Source of the DNA: an uncultured Methylomirabilota bacterium
GTDB lineage: Bacteria > Methylomirabilota > Methylomirabilia > Methylomirabilales > 2-02-FULL-66-22
Length of the DNA: 64,000 nt
Reading direction: 5' to 3'
NCBI GenBank assembly: GCA_963705305.1
Contig: OY970067.1
Coordinates: forward strand, 2,976,001-3,040,000
Shown: piece by piece, positions 51,911 through 60,580 of the stretch
Layout of the letters: each line of letters begins with the position of its first letter
Numbering within the stretch: the first letter of the stretch is position 1
Program-made: the position numbers and the translations under genes
Notes under the pieces: model-generated
Told to the model about the DNA's origin: nothing
Databases searched by the model: none
What the model saw: only the letters and a program-made list of their open reading frames with translations

Positions 51911-52924
51911 ATGCGGGCGGCCGTGTACAAGGAGAAGGGACTCCTCGTGGTGGAGGAGGTTCCCGACCCCGTGGTGGGGCCCCGGGACGTCCTGCTCAAG
52001 GTGAGCCACTGCGCCATCTGCGGGTCGGACCTCCATCGGTACAGCTACGGGATGCTGCGGCCCGGGGCCATCATGGGCCACGAGTATGCCGGAACCGTGG
52101 TGGCCCGCGGGGCCGAGGTGGACAGCTTCCAGATCGGCGACCGGGTGGTGCGCGCCGGCGGGAAGATCCACCCCTGGCGGGATGCGCCCCTGCTGCCCCC
52201 GCGGTTCAGCGCGCGCGAGCGCGGCCTGCTGCCCGAGACGAGGCCGGGGGCCTACGCGGAATACTTCGCCACCGACGCCGATTTGGTGATGCGGATTCCG
52301 GCCTCGGTCACCAGCCTGCAGGCCTCGCTGCTGGAGCCGCTGTGCGTGGCCCTGCACGCGATCCGGCTCTCGAAGCTTCGGCTGGGCGACCGGGTGCTGG
52401 TGATTGGGGCGGGGCCGATCGGGCTCCTGCTTCAGCAGTGCGCCTCGCTGGCGGGGGCCTCCCGCCTGTACGTCTCGGAGCCCAACGCAGCCCGCCGGGC
52501 CCTGGCCGGCCGGCTGGGGGCGGATCGAGTCTGGGACCCCCGGCAGACGGGCCTGGTGGAGGCGGTGCTGGGCGAGACGGGGAGCGGGGTGGAGGTGGCC
52601 TTCGAGTGCGCGGGGGGCGCGTCCACCTTCCAGGAGGGCCTCCAGGCCCTGCGCGGGCTGGGACAGCTGGTGGTCGTCGCGCTGAGCTGGGAGCCGGTGG
52701 ACTGCCTCCCCGTGGACTGGGTGGCACGGGAGGTGGAGATCAAGGCGTCCTACGGCAGCCTGGCCGGGGAGTGGCCGATGGCGATGCATTTCCTGGCGCG
52801 CTGCCGGGTCCAAGTGCAGCCCATGATCTCGCGGGTCATCCCGCTGGAGGATATCCAGGCGGCGTTTCAAGAGCTGCTGAAGCCGGACACGGACTGGGTC
52901 CAGGCCGTCGTCGCGCTCGAATGA
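51911..52924 (+). CDS. Zn-dependent (MDR) dehydrogenase
   Basis: ICGSDLH, GHE, GAGPIG; the structural-Zn Cys cluster is absent. Confidence 0.9.
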   Translation: MRAAVYKEKGLLVVEEVPDPVVGPRDVLLKVSHCAICGSDLHRYSYGMLRPGAIMGHEYAGTVVARGAEVDSFQIGDRVVRAGGKIHPWRDAPLLPPRFSARERGLLPETRPGAYAEYFATDADLVMRIPASVTSLQASLLEPLCVALHAIRLSKLRLGDRVLVIGAGPIGLLLQQCASLAGASRLYVSEPNAARRALAGRLGADRVWDPRQTGLVEAVLGETGSGVEVAFECAGGASTFQEGLQALRGLGQLVVVALSWEPVDCLPVDWVAREVEIKASYGSLAGEWPMAMHFLARCRVQVQPMISRVIPLEDIQAAFQELLKPDTDWVQAVVALE

Positions 52925-53045
52925 CCGGCCCGCCTTCCGGGCCGGCGCGGCACGCAATTTTTCCTTGATTGCCGCGGTTGTCAGGCGTAGGGTAGCGCCC
53001 GTCGAATGCCCGGTGTCCTGGGGACTCGCAGAGGAGGGAGTTGCC

Positions 53046-54305
53046 ATGAAAAGTCGGGAACGGCTTGGTGCTTCTGTCAGCAGGCGCTCGTTTCTGAAGG
53101 GGGCGGCAGCGGTCGGCGTGGGGGCAGGCTTGGCCGGACTCCCGCTCGGCAGGCCGGCCGGGGCGGCGGCAAAGGAGGTCAACATCGGGGTGCTCTATCC
53201 CACCTCTGGCTCCCAAGCTAGCTTCGGCCAGATGTGCGTGAACGCCACGAAGCTGGCGGTGGACGACATCAACGGCGCCGGCGGGATCAAGTCCCTGGGC
53301 GGCGCAAAGATCAACCCGACGTATGCCGACATTCAGAGCGATGCCGACGTGACCCGCAACCAGAGCGAGCGGCTGATGTCCATGGGGGGCCTGGCCGCGG
53401 CCACGGGCTGCTATGTGAGCACCTACACCCTGGTGGCCACCGAGGTGGCGGAGCGGTACCAGATCCCCTTCATCACGGGCTCCGTGTCGGACAACCTTAC
53501 CGGCCGTGGGTTCAAGTACACCTTCGAGGTGTCGGCCAAGGCGAGCATGTTCGGGAACATGCAGATGGAGTTCGCCGCCAAGGTTGCCGGCAAGGGCAAG
53601 CGGGCGGCCATCATCTACGAGGATACCGACTACGGCACGGCCACGTCGAAAGGGGTCATCGACGGGGCCAAGCAGTATGGCTTTAACGTCGTCATGACCG
53701 AGCCCTACGCGGCGAAGTTCACCGACGCCACGCCGCTCGTCAACAAGATCAAGGCGGCCAAGCCGGACCTCCTGTTCCCCGTCTCCTACATCACCGACGC
53801 GCTGCTCATCATCCGGACGATGAAGCAGCTCAACGTCAATGCGGCGATCTTCGCCGGCGGGGCCGGCTACCTGATTCCCGACTTCTACAAGGACCTGGGG
53901 AAGGACTCCGACTATGTCTTTTCCGCCGCGGCCTGGAACAACGACATCAACTGCTCCGACGTGGCCAAGATCGCCGAGGCCTACCAGAAGCGCTACGGCG
54001 AGTTCCTCATGGAGCATGCCGGGGAAGCCTACGTCATGATGTGGGTCCTGGCGGACGCCATCGGGCGGGCGCGCTCGACGGACCCGAAGAAGGTGCGGGA
54101 CGCCCTGGCCAAGACCAATCTGACCAAGGGTCCCGGATCGGTCATGCCCGGCTGCCACGTCCAGTTCGACGAGCACGGCTGGAACAAGCACGTCCATCCC
54201 GTCATGGTCCAGTGGCAGAGCGGGAAGCTCCGGTGTGTCTATCCGGAGTCGGATGCGCGGGTAAAGCCGATCTGGCCCGTTCCGGCCTGGGACAAGCGCG
54301 GCTAG
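53046..54305 (+). CDS. Branched-chain-type ABC substrate-binding protein with Tat signal
   Basis: SRRSFLK twin-arginine motif; IGVLYPTSG...INGAGGI. Confidence 0.9.
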   Translation: MKSRERLGASVSRRSFLKGAAAVGVGAGLAGLPLGRPAGAAAKEVNIGVLYPTSGSQASFGQMCVNATKLAVDDINGAGGIKSLGGAKINPTYADIQSDADVTRNQSERLMSMGGLAAATGCYVSTYTLVATEVAERYQIPFITGSVSDNLTGRGFKYTFEVSAKASMFGNMQMEFAAKVAGKGKRAAIIYEDTDYGTATSKGVIDGAKQYGFNVVMTEPYAAKFTDATPLVNKIKAAKPDLLFPVSYITDALLIIRTMKQLNVNAAIFAGGAGYLIPDFYKDLGKDSDYVFSAAAWNNDINCSDVAKIAEAYQKRYGEFLMEHAGEAYVMMWVLADAIGRARSTDPKKVRDALAKTNLTKGPGSVMPGCHVQFDEHGWNKHVHPVMVQWQSGKLRCVYPESDARVKPIWPVPAWDKRG

Positions 54306-54413
54306 AACGGTGAGGCCGAGTCAAGACCACACCTAGGCGGACCGTCTCAGGAGGCCGGGGGGCCGGGGCCACGTCCCGCGGTTCGGGTGCGCGGCTCCGG
54401 CCCCTCCTGTGCT

Positions 54414-55274
54414 ATGGATCTCACGACCATCCTTCAGGCCGTCGTGACGGGTGTGCTCACGGCGGGCATTTACGCCCTGGTTTCCATTGGCCTGACCCTC
54501 ATCTTCGGCGTCGTGCGCATCGTGAATTTCGCCCAGGGCGAATTCGTGATGGTGGGCATGTTCGTCACCTACTGGCTCTGGAAGCTCTGGGGGATCGACC
54601 CCTACCTCTCCCTGTTCATCGTCATGCCCGTGCTGTTCTGCTTCGGGGTGCTGGTGCAGCGATTCCTGCTCCAGCCCATCATGCGCGCCCCGGACCTGGC
54701 GCAGATCTTCATGACCGTGGGCCTCTCGGTCGTCCTCATGAACGCCGCCCTCTTCTTCTTCACGGCGGACTTCCGCTCGGTCAAGACGGTGTACGCCGAG
54801 TGGGCCTGGCGGCTGGGAGGCGTCACGATCCCGATTCCCCGCCTGTTCGCGTTCCTGGGCGCCGTCCTCCTGTCGGGACTCCTCACACTCTTCCTTTCCA
54901 AGACGGACACGGGGAAGGCCCTTCGAGCGGTGGCGCAGGACCGAGAGGTGAGCATGCTCCTGGGGATCAACCCGGAGCGGATGTACCTCTTCGCGGTAGG
55001 CCTGGGCGCCGCCCTGGCCGGCGCGGCGGGGAGCCTGATCGTCCCCTTCTTCTACGTCTTCCCGACGGTGGGTGTGACCTTTGTGCTCATTTCCTTTGTG
55101 GTGGTGATCCTGGGCACCCTGGGCAGCGTGCAGGGGGCCTTGCTGGCCGCCTTCATCGTGGGAGTGGCGGAGTCATTGGGGATCCTGTTTGCCGGGTCGG
55201 ACCTGGGGCTGGTGACAGTCTACGCCATCCTGGTGGCCGTCCTGGTGTTCAAGCCTTCGGGGCTCATGGGTTGA
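54414..55274 (+). CDS. LivH-type ABC permease
   Basis: GLTLIFGVVRIVNFAQG, GKALRAVAQD, KPSGLMG. Confidence 0.92.
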   Translation: MDLTTILQAVVTGVLTAGIYALVSIGLTLIFGVVRIVNFAQGEFVMVGMFVTYWLWKLWGIDPYLSLFIVMPVLFCFGVLVQRFLLQPIMRAPDLAQIFMTVGLSVVLMNAALFFFTADFRSVKTVYAEWAWRLGGVTIPIPRLFAFLGAVLLSGLLTLFLSKTDTGKALRAVAQDREVSMLLGINPERMYLFAVGLGAALAGAAGSLIVPFFYVFPTVGVTFVLISFVVVILGTLGSVQGALLAAFIVGVAESLGILFAGSDLGLVTVYAILVAVLVFKPSGLMG

Positions 55275-55334
55275 CGGAGGCGCCGGGATCGGGAACGGCC
55301 GGGAGAAGCTGCCCTCGCACCTGAGAGGCAATGG

Positions 55335-56390
55335 ATGGCGACTGGAGCGGGGCAGGAGGAACGCGTGGCGCGCGAAGCCGGGGGGAAAACCGGGAAAGGC
55401 ATGGGAGTCCCGGGGCGATATGTCCCGGCCATGATCCTGGCGTTCCTGGTGGTCCTCCCCTTTTTGCTGCCCAACCCGTTCTACGTCCACATCGTCATCA
55501 TGATGGCGGTCTTTGCCGTCCTGGGCGGGGCCTGGAATCTTATCGGCGGTTACGGCATGCAGCTCTCTCTGGGGCACGCGGCCTTTTTCGGGACGGGGGC
55601 CTACGTCTCGACCATGCTCATCAACCACTATCCCATCTCGCCCTGGATCACCCTCTGGATCGGCGCGGCGGCCGCCCTGGCCCTGAGCGTCCCCGTGGGG
55701 ATCATCTGCTTCCGGCTGCAGGGGCCCTACTTTGCCATCGCCACCATCGGTCTGGCGGAGGCGCTTCGGCTGCTGGTGCTCCACTTCCGCGAGATCACTA
55801 ACGGCTCCCTCGGGCTCACCGTTCCCTACAGGGGGAATGCCCCCTGGCAATTTCAGTTCAACTCCAAGTTCCCCTATTACTACCTGGCGCTGGCGTTGGC
55901 CGTGGGGATGGTCTTGCTGGCCCGGCGGATGGAGCGGATGCGGCTGGGGCATTATCTGGTGGCCATCGGTCAGGACCAGCACGCCGCCGAGGCGCTGGGG
56001 ATCAACTCGACCTGGGCCAAGGCACAGGCCTTGGCCCTCAGCGCCTTCGTCACGGGACTGGTGGGCGTTTTCTACGCCCAGTACACCTATGTCATCCATC
56101 CCGACTCCGTCTTCAGCCTGGCCATGAGCGTCCAGATCGCCCTGGTCGCCATCGTGGGCGGGGTGGGCACGGCCCTGGGGCCGGTGCTGGGGGCGATCTT
56201 CATGGAGTCCTTCATTCAATTCACCCAGATCGCTTTCGCCGGCCAGTACCCCGGCCTGGAGCTCTTGGTGTACGGCTGCCTCCTCATCGCCGTCATCTTG
56301 TGGCGGCCGCGGGGTGTGATCCCCTGGTTCGAGCGGCTGTATTCGGTTTTGCTGCAGCGGCTCCCGACCCTGGGTGGGGCGCGCCCATGA
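55335..56390 (+). CDS. LivM-type ABC permease
   Basis: WNLIGGY..QLSLGHAAFFG, GPYFAIATI. Confidence 0.92.
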   Translation: MATGAGQEERVAREAGGKTGKGMGVPGRYVPAMILAFLVVLPFLLPNPFYVHIVIMMAVFAVLGGAWNLIGGYGMQLSLGHAAFFGTGAYVSTMLINHYPISPWITLWIGAAAALALSVPVGIICFRLQGPYFAIATIGLAEALRLLVLHFREITNGSLGLTVPYRGNAPWQFQFNSKFPYYYLALALAVGMVLLARRMERMRLGHYLVAIGQDQHAAEALGINSTWAKAQALALSAFVTGLVGVFYAQYTYVIHPDSVFSLAMSVQIALVAIVGGVGTALGPVLGAIFMESFIQFTQIAFAGQYPGLELLVYGCLLIAVILWRPRGVIPWFERLYSVLLQRLPTLGGARP

Positions 56391-57121
56391 AGGGAGGCAT
56401 CCTGCTCGGTGTGGAGGGCCTGGCCAGGCGCTTCGGTGGGATTCAGGCCGTGGCGGGACTCTCCTTTGACGTGCAGGAAGGCGAGATCTTGGGTGTGATC
56501 GGCCCCAACGGCTCCGGGAAGACCACCACCTTCAACCTCATCACGGGCTTCTACCGGCCCGACCGGGGTCACGTCCGGTTCGCTGGCGAGGACATCACGG
56601 GCCTCCCGCCATACACGGTGTGCGCCCGAGGCCTGTGCCGAACCTTCCAGGTGGCCCGGCCGTTCAAGGAGATCTCCGTCCTCCGGAATGTCCTGATGGG
56701 GGCGCTCCTTAGGTACCCGAAGCCCGGCGCGGCCGCCGGGCGCGCGGAGGAGGCGCTGCGTCTGGTGGGGCTGGAGGATCGGGCGCACTCCGACGCCGGG
56801 AGCCTGACCACCATCGATCAACGCCGCCTGGAGGTGGCCCGCGCCCTGGCCACCGAGCCCCGGCTCCTCCTCCTGGACGAGACCATGGCCGGCCTCACCC
56901 CGACGGAGGTCGAGGTGGCCATCCACCTGATCGGGCGCCTCCGGGAGCGGGGGCTCACCATCGTGGTGGTGGAGCACGTGATGCGCGCGGTCATGTCCCT
57001 CTCCGACCGGATCGTCGTTCTGGATCAGGGACTGAAGATCGCCGAGGGATCCCCGGCCCAGGTCGCGTCCGACCCCCGCGTCATCCAGGCCTATCTGGGC
57101 AAGGAATACCGGAATGCTTGA
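56387..57121 (+). CDS. LivG-type ABC ATPase
   Basis: GPNGSGKT, RTFQ, LLDE, VEH, AYLG. Confidence 0.92.
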   Translation: MKGGILLGVEGLARRFGGIQAVAGLSFDVQEGEILGVIGPNGSGKTTTFNLITGFYRPDRGHVRFAGEDITGLPPYTVCARGLCRTFQVARPFKEISVLRNVLMGALLRYPKPGAAAGRAEEALRLVGLEDRAHSDAGSLTTIDQRRLEVARALATEPRLLLLDETMAGLTPTEVEVAIHLIGRLRERGLTIVVVEHVMRAVMSLSDRIVVLDQGLKIAEGSPAQVASDPRVIQAYLGKEYRNA

Positions 57122-57818
57122 GGTGCGCGATCTGGACGTCGCCTACGGAAAGGTCCCGGCCCTCCAGGGCATCACCCTTCGGGTGGCCGAGGGGGAGAGC
57201 GTGGCCGTTCTGGGGGCCAACGGGGCGGGGAAGTCTACGCTCCTGCGGACCATTTCCGGACTCCTGCGTCCCCGGCGGGGAAGCGTCCAGCTGGATGGCG
57301 CGCGGCTGGACCAGCTCCCCGCCTACGGGATCGCCGCCCTGGGAATCGCCCATGTCCCCGAGGGGCGGCGCGTCCTTCCGGAGATGACGGTGCAGGAGAA
57401 TCTCGAGCTGGGGGCCTACCTGCCCGCGCCCAGGGCGCGCCGCGCGGAGACGCTGGCCTGGGTCTACGGGATCTTCCCCCGTCTTGCCGAGAGGCGGCGG
57501 CAGCTCGCCGGGACGCTGTCGGGCGGGGAGCAGCAAATGCTGGCCGTGGGCCGCGGCCTGATGCTGCGGCCGCGCGTCCTCATGCTGGACGAGCCGTCGC
57601 TGGGGCTGGCCCCCATCATCGTGGATATGACCTTCGAAAAGATCGCCGAGGTGCGGTGGCAGGGCATTGCCCTGCTTTTGGTGGAGCAGAACGTCCAGCG
57701 GGCCCTGAGCCTGGCGGACCGGGGCTACGTGCTGGAGGGCGGACGGATCGTCCTGGAGGGGACGGCGGCATCCCTCCTGGAAAATCCGCACGTCAAGGTG
57801 GCGTACCTGGGGCTGTGA
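57114..57818 (+). CDS. LivF-type ABC ATPase
   Basis: GANGAGKS, VPEGRR, LSGGEQQM, DEPSLGLAP, VEQN. Confidence 0.93.
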   Translation: MLEVRDLDVAYGKVPALQGITLRVAEGESVAVLGANGAGKSTLLRTISGLLRPRRGSVQLDGARLDQLPAYGIAALGIAHVPEGRRVLPEMTVQENLELGAYLPAPRARRAETLAWVYGIFPRLAERRRQLAGTLSGGEQQMLAVGRGLMLRPRVLMLDEPSLGLAPIIVDMTFEKIAEVRWQGIALLLVEQNVQRALSLADRGYVLEGGRIVLEGTAASLLENPHVKVAYLGL

Positions 57819-57844
57819 GCCGCGCCGGAGGCGCCGGAGAGCCG

Positions 57845-59086
57845 ATGCAACTGACCGACGAAGAGCGGCGGATCCTGGACGGGGAGGGCGGCGAGCCGCA
57901 GCGGCTGGCCCTGGGGGTCCTGGTCAAGCTGGGCCAGGCCTGCGGGGCCGAGCGGCTGGTCGAGATCGTCAGCGCGCACCTGGTGGCCTCCTCCTACCAG
58001 ATCGCCGGCGAGGCGGGAATCGCCATCTACAGCCGGCTGGTCGAGCAGGGGGCGCGGGTCAAGGTCCGCACAACCTCCGACCCCGGCTCCATCGACTTCG
58101 CCCGCTGGCAGGAGTTCCGGACGCCGGCGGATTATGCGGCGCGGCAAGTCAAGATCGCCGAGCTACTGAATCAGATGGGCGTGATCCCCACCTGGACCTG
58201 CACTCCCTACACCACCTTCAACGTCCCCCGCTTCGGCGACCATTTGGGCTGGTCGGAATCCAGCGCGGTGGTCTTCGCCAACTCGGTGATCGGCGCCCGA
58301 ACCAACCGGCTGGCCGCCTACGTGGACCTGTGCGCCGCCCTCACGGGCCGGGTGCCGTACTTCGGCCTCCACTGCCCAGAGAACAGGCGCGGGCAGGTGC
58401 TGTTCACGCTGGCTTCCGACCTGGCCCAGGATTTCGCGGATCACTATTTTCCGGCGCTCGGATACCTGGTGGGGCAGACGGTCGGCGACAAGATTCCGGT
58501 CATCGCCGGTGTGCGCCAGGCCAGCTTCGACCAGCTGAAGGCCTTCGGCGCCGCCTCGGCAGCCAGCGGCTCGGTGGCGCTGTATCACATGGTCGGCATC
58601 ACCCCGGAGGCGCGGACGCTGGAGGAGGCGTGCGGCGGGCACGTCCCCGGCGAGCAGGTCCGGGTCGGCCGAGGCGAGATCGCCCAGGTGATGGAGCAGA
58701 TGGGCGCCGTGACCGAGGGGCCCGTGGACGTGGTGGGGGTGGGCTGTCCCCACGCCTCCATCGACCAGATGCGGCGCTATGCCGCGCTGCTGGAAGGCCA
58801 GCGGGTGCACCCCGACACCCAGCTGTGGGTCTGCACCAACACGGTGGTCGAGGAGATGGCCCGCACGATGGGGTACGTGGACATCATCGAGCGGGCCGGG
58901 GCGAAGCTGATGGTGGGCACCTGCCACAACGACTGCCCACTGGAGGCCTGGGGCTTCCGGCGGCTGGTCACCGACTCCGGGAAGTTCGCCTACTACACCC
59001 CGACCACGGTGGGGAGCCAGTGCGTGTTCGCCAGCACCGAGGCCTGCATCCGGGCGGCCATCGCGGGAAAGGTGGAACGGCCATGA
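57845..59086 (+). CDS. Aconitase X large (catalytic) subunit
   Basis: MQLTDEE, TCTPY, WSESSAVVFANSVIGARTNR, GCPH, TDSGK. Confidence 0.9.
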   Translation: MQLTDEERRILDGEGGEPQRLALGVLVKLGQACGAERLVEIVSAHLVASSYQIAGEAGIAIYSRLVEQGARVKVRTTSDPGSIDFARWQEFRTPADYAARQVKIAELLNQMGVIPTWTCTPYTTFNVPRFGDHLGWSESSAVVFANSVIGARTNRLAAYVDLCAALTGRVPYFGLHCPENRRGQVLFTLASDLAQDFADHYFPALGYLVGQTVGDKIPVIAGVRQASFDQLKAFGAASAASGSVALYHMVGITPEARTLEEACGGHVPGEQVRVGRGEIAQVMEQMGAVTEGPVDVVGVGCPHASIDQMRRYAALLEGQRVHPDTQLWVCTNTVVEEMARTMGYVDIIERAGAKLMVGTCHNDCPLEAWGFRRLVTDSGKFAYYTPTTVGSQCVFASTEACIRAAIAGKVERP

Positions 59087-59523
59087 GCGATCCCCGTCGC
59101 GTGCTCAAAGGGCGCGGCTGCGCTGCCGGAGCATTCGAAGGCGAGGTGGTGGTGTCGAAACGGCCCTTCGGATTCTGGCAGGGCCTTGACCCCCAGACGG
59201 GGGTGGTGATCGACAAGCGGCACGACCTGTGCGGCACGACCATCAAAGGCAAGGCGTTCGTCTTTCCCTACGGGCGGGGCTCCACCGGCACGCCGGGCAT
59301 CTTCCTGGAAGCGGTGCGAAACGGCTGCGCCCCGGCTGCCATCGTGAACGTCCGGAGCGAGCCGATGATCGTGATGTGCTCGATTCTGGCGGAGGCATTC
59401 TTCCAGGTGGCGATCCCGATCGTGGACGGTCTCGACGCCGATCCGCAGGCGGCGCTGGAGACCGGCGATCGAGTTCGGATCGACGGCACGACCGGCGTGA
59501 TCGAGCTCCTGTCCCGCGGCTGA
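59083..59523 (+). CDS. Aconitase X small (swivel, DUF126) subunit
   Basis: GLDPQTGVVID..H.L.G..I.GK..VFPYGRGST; ATGA overlap. Confidence 0.9.
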   Translation: MSDPRRVLKGRGCAAGAFEGEVVVSKRPFGFWQGLDPQTGVVIDKRHDLCGTTIKGKAFVFPYGRGSTGTPGIFLEAVRNGCAPAAIVNVRSEPMIVMCSILAEAFFQVAIPIVDGLDADPQAALETGDRVRIDGTTGVIELLSRG

Positions 59524-59572
59524 GCGCCCGACGGCAGAGTGCGGGCGCGGGGGGAAGATCGGAGGACGACGC

Positions 59573-60073
59573 ATGGCGACGCGCGAAGAGATTCTCGCCC
59601 AGGTGACCGAGCGGGCCGTATACAACGAGATGACGTACTATGGGTGAACGCAGGCCGTGCTTGCGGCTCTGCAAGCCACGCTTGACGTCGGCGACGAGAT
59701 GCTTTTCAAGGCAGGCAGCGCCCTTGCGGGCGGGGTGGTCGGACACGGGGAGACCTGCGGGGCGCTCACCGGCTGCATCATAGCCATCGGCTCGGTCGTC
59801 GGGCGGGCACGCCTAGAGGACCTCGAAGCCTTCCAGCGGGCCAAGATCCCAGCGCAGGAGATGTACCAGCGCTTCCGGGACGAGATCGGCGACAGCCTCT
59901 GCGCGAACATCCACAAGATCAAGTTCGGGCGGTGGTACGACCTCGCCAATCCGGCCGAGGTGAAGGCCTTCCACAAGGCGGGGGGGCACGATCGCGCCGG
60001 CTGCCCGGAGGTGTGCGGAAAGGCCGCCCGGATCGCCGCCGACATCATCCTGGAACTCCGCGAGGAGGCGTGA
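59573..60073 (+). CDS. C-GCAxxG-C-C family redox protein, probable selenoprotein (UGA at 59645-59647)
   Basis: GGAGG RBS and ATG 59573; YYG-UGA-TQAV sits where the family's first Cys falls; in frame with ETCGALTG; stem-loop directly 3' of the UGA. Confidence 0.8.
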
Positions 60074-60110
60074 CGGGCCCGATTCGGGCAAGACGTGCAA
60101 GGAGAGCATC

Positions 60111-60503
60111 ATGGCGTCCATCCAGCCCTATTGCGCCCCGGGGGTGTTCGATCCCGCCGGCTACATCCAGGCCGTGAGGGTGAGCGGCGCCCAGACGTTC
60201 CTCTTTCTCTCGGGGCAGGTGGCGTACGATCCCACGGGCGGTGTGGCGCACCCCGGAGATTTTGCCGCCCAGGCCCGCGCGGTCTTCGCGGCCGTGCGGG
60301 CGCAAGTGGAGGCGGGCGGCGGGACGCTGGCGAACGTGGTGAAGCTGACCACCTACCTCACCGACATGCGGCGCCGGGCGGACCTCTTGCCGATCCGGGA
60401 GGAGTTCTTCGGCAAGAAAATGCCCCCCTCCACCCTGGTGGCGGTGAGCGCCTTGGCCCATCCGGACTGGATGATCGAGGTCGAGGCCATTGCCGCGATC
60501 TGA
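60111..60503 (+). CDS. RidA/YjgF-family protein
   Basis: LFLSGQV, VVKLTTYLTD, PPSTLVAVSAL...IEVEAIA. Confidence 0.9.
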   Translation: MASIQPYCAPGVFDPAGYIQAVRVSGAQTFLFLSGQVAYDPTGGVAHPGDFAAQARAVFAAVRAQVEAGGGTLANVVKLTTYLTDMRRRADLLPIREEFFGKKMPPSTLVAVSALAHPDWMIEVEAIAAI

Positions 60504-60580
60504 CAAGAGGCCGCGCGGCCGCGATAGGCTCCACGGCCGGACGGCGGACCCCGCTTCTCCACACATCCGAGGTGCAGCCC

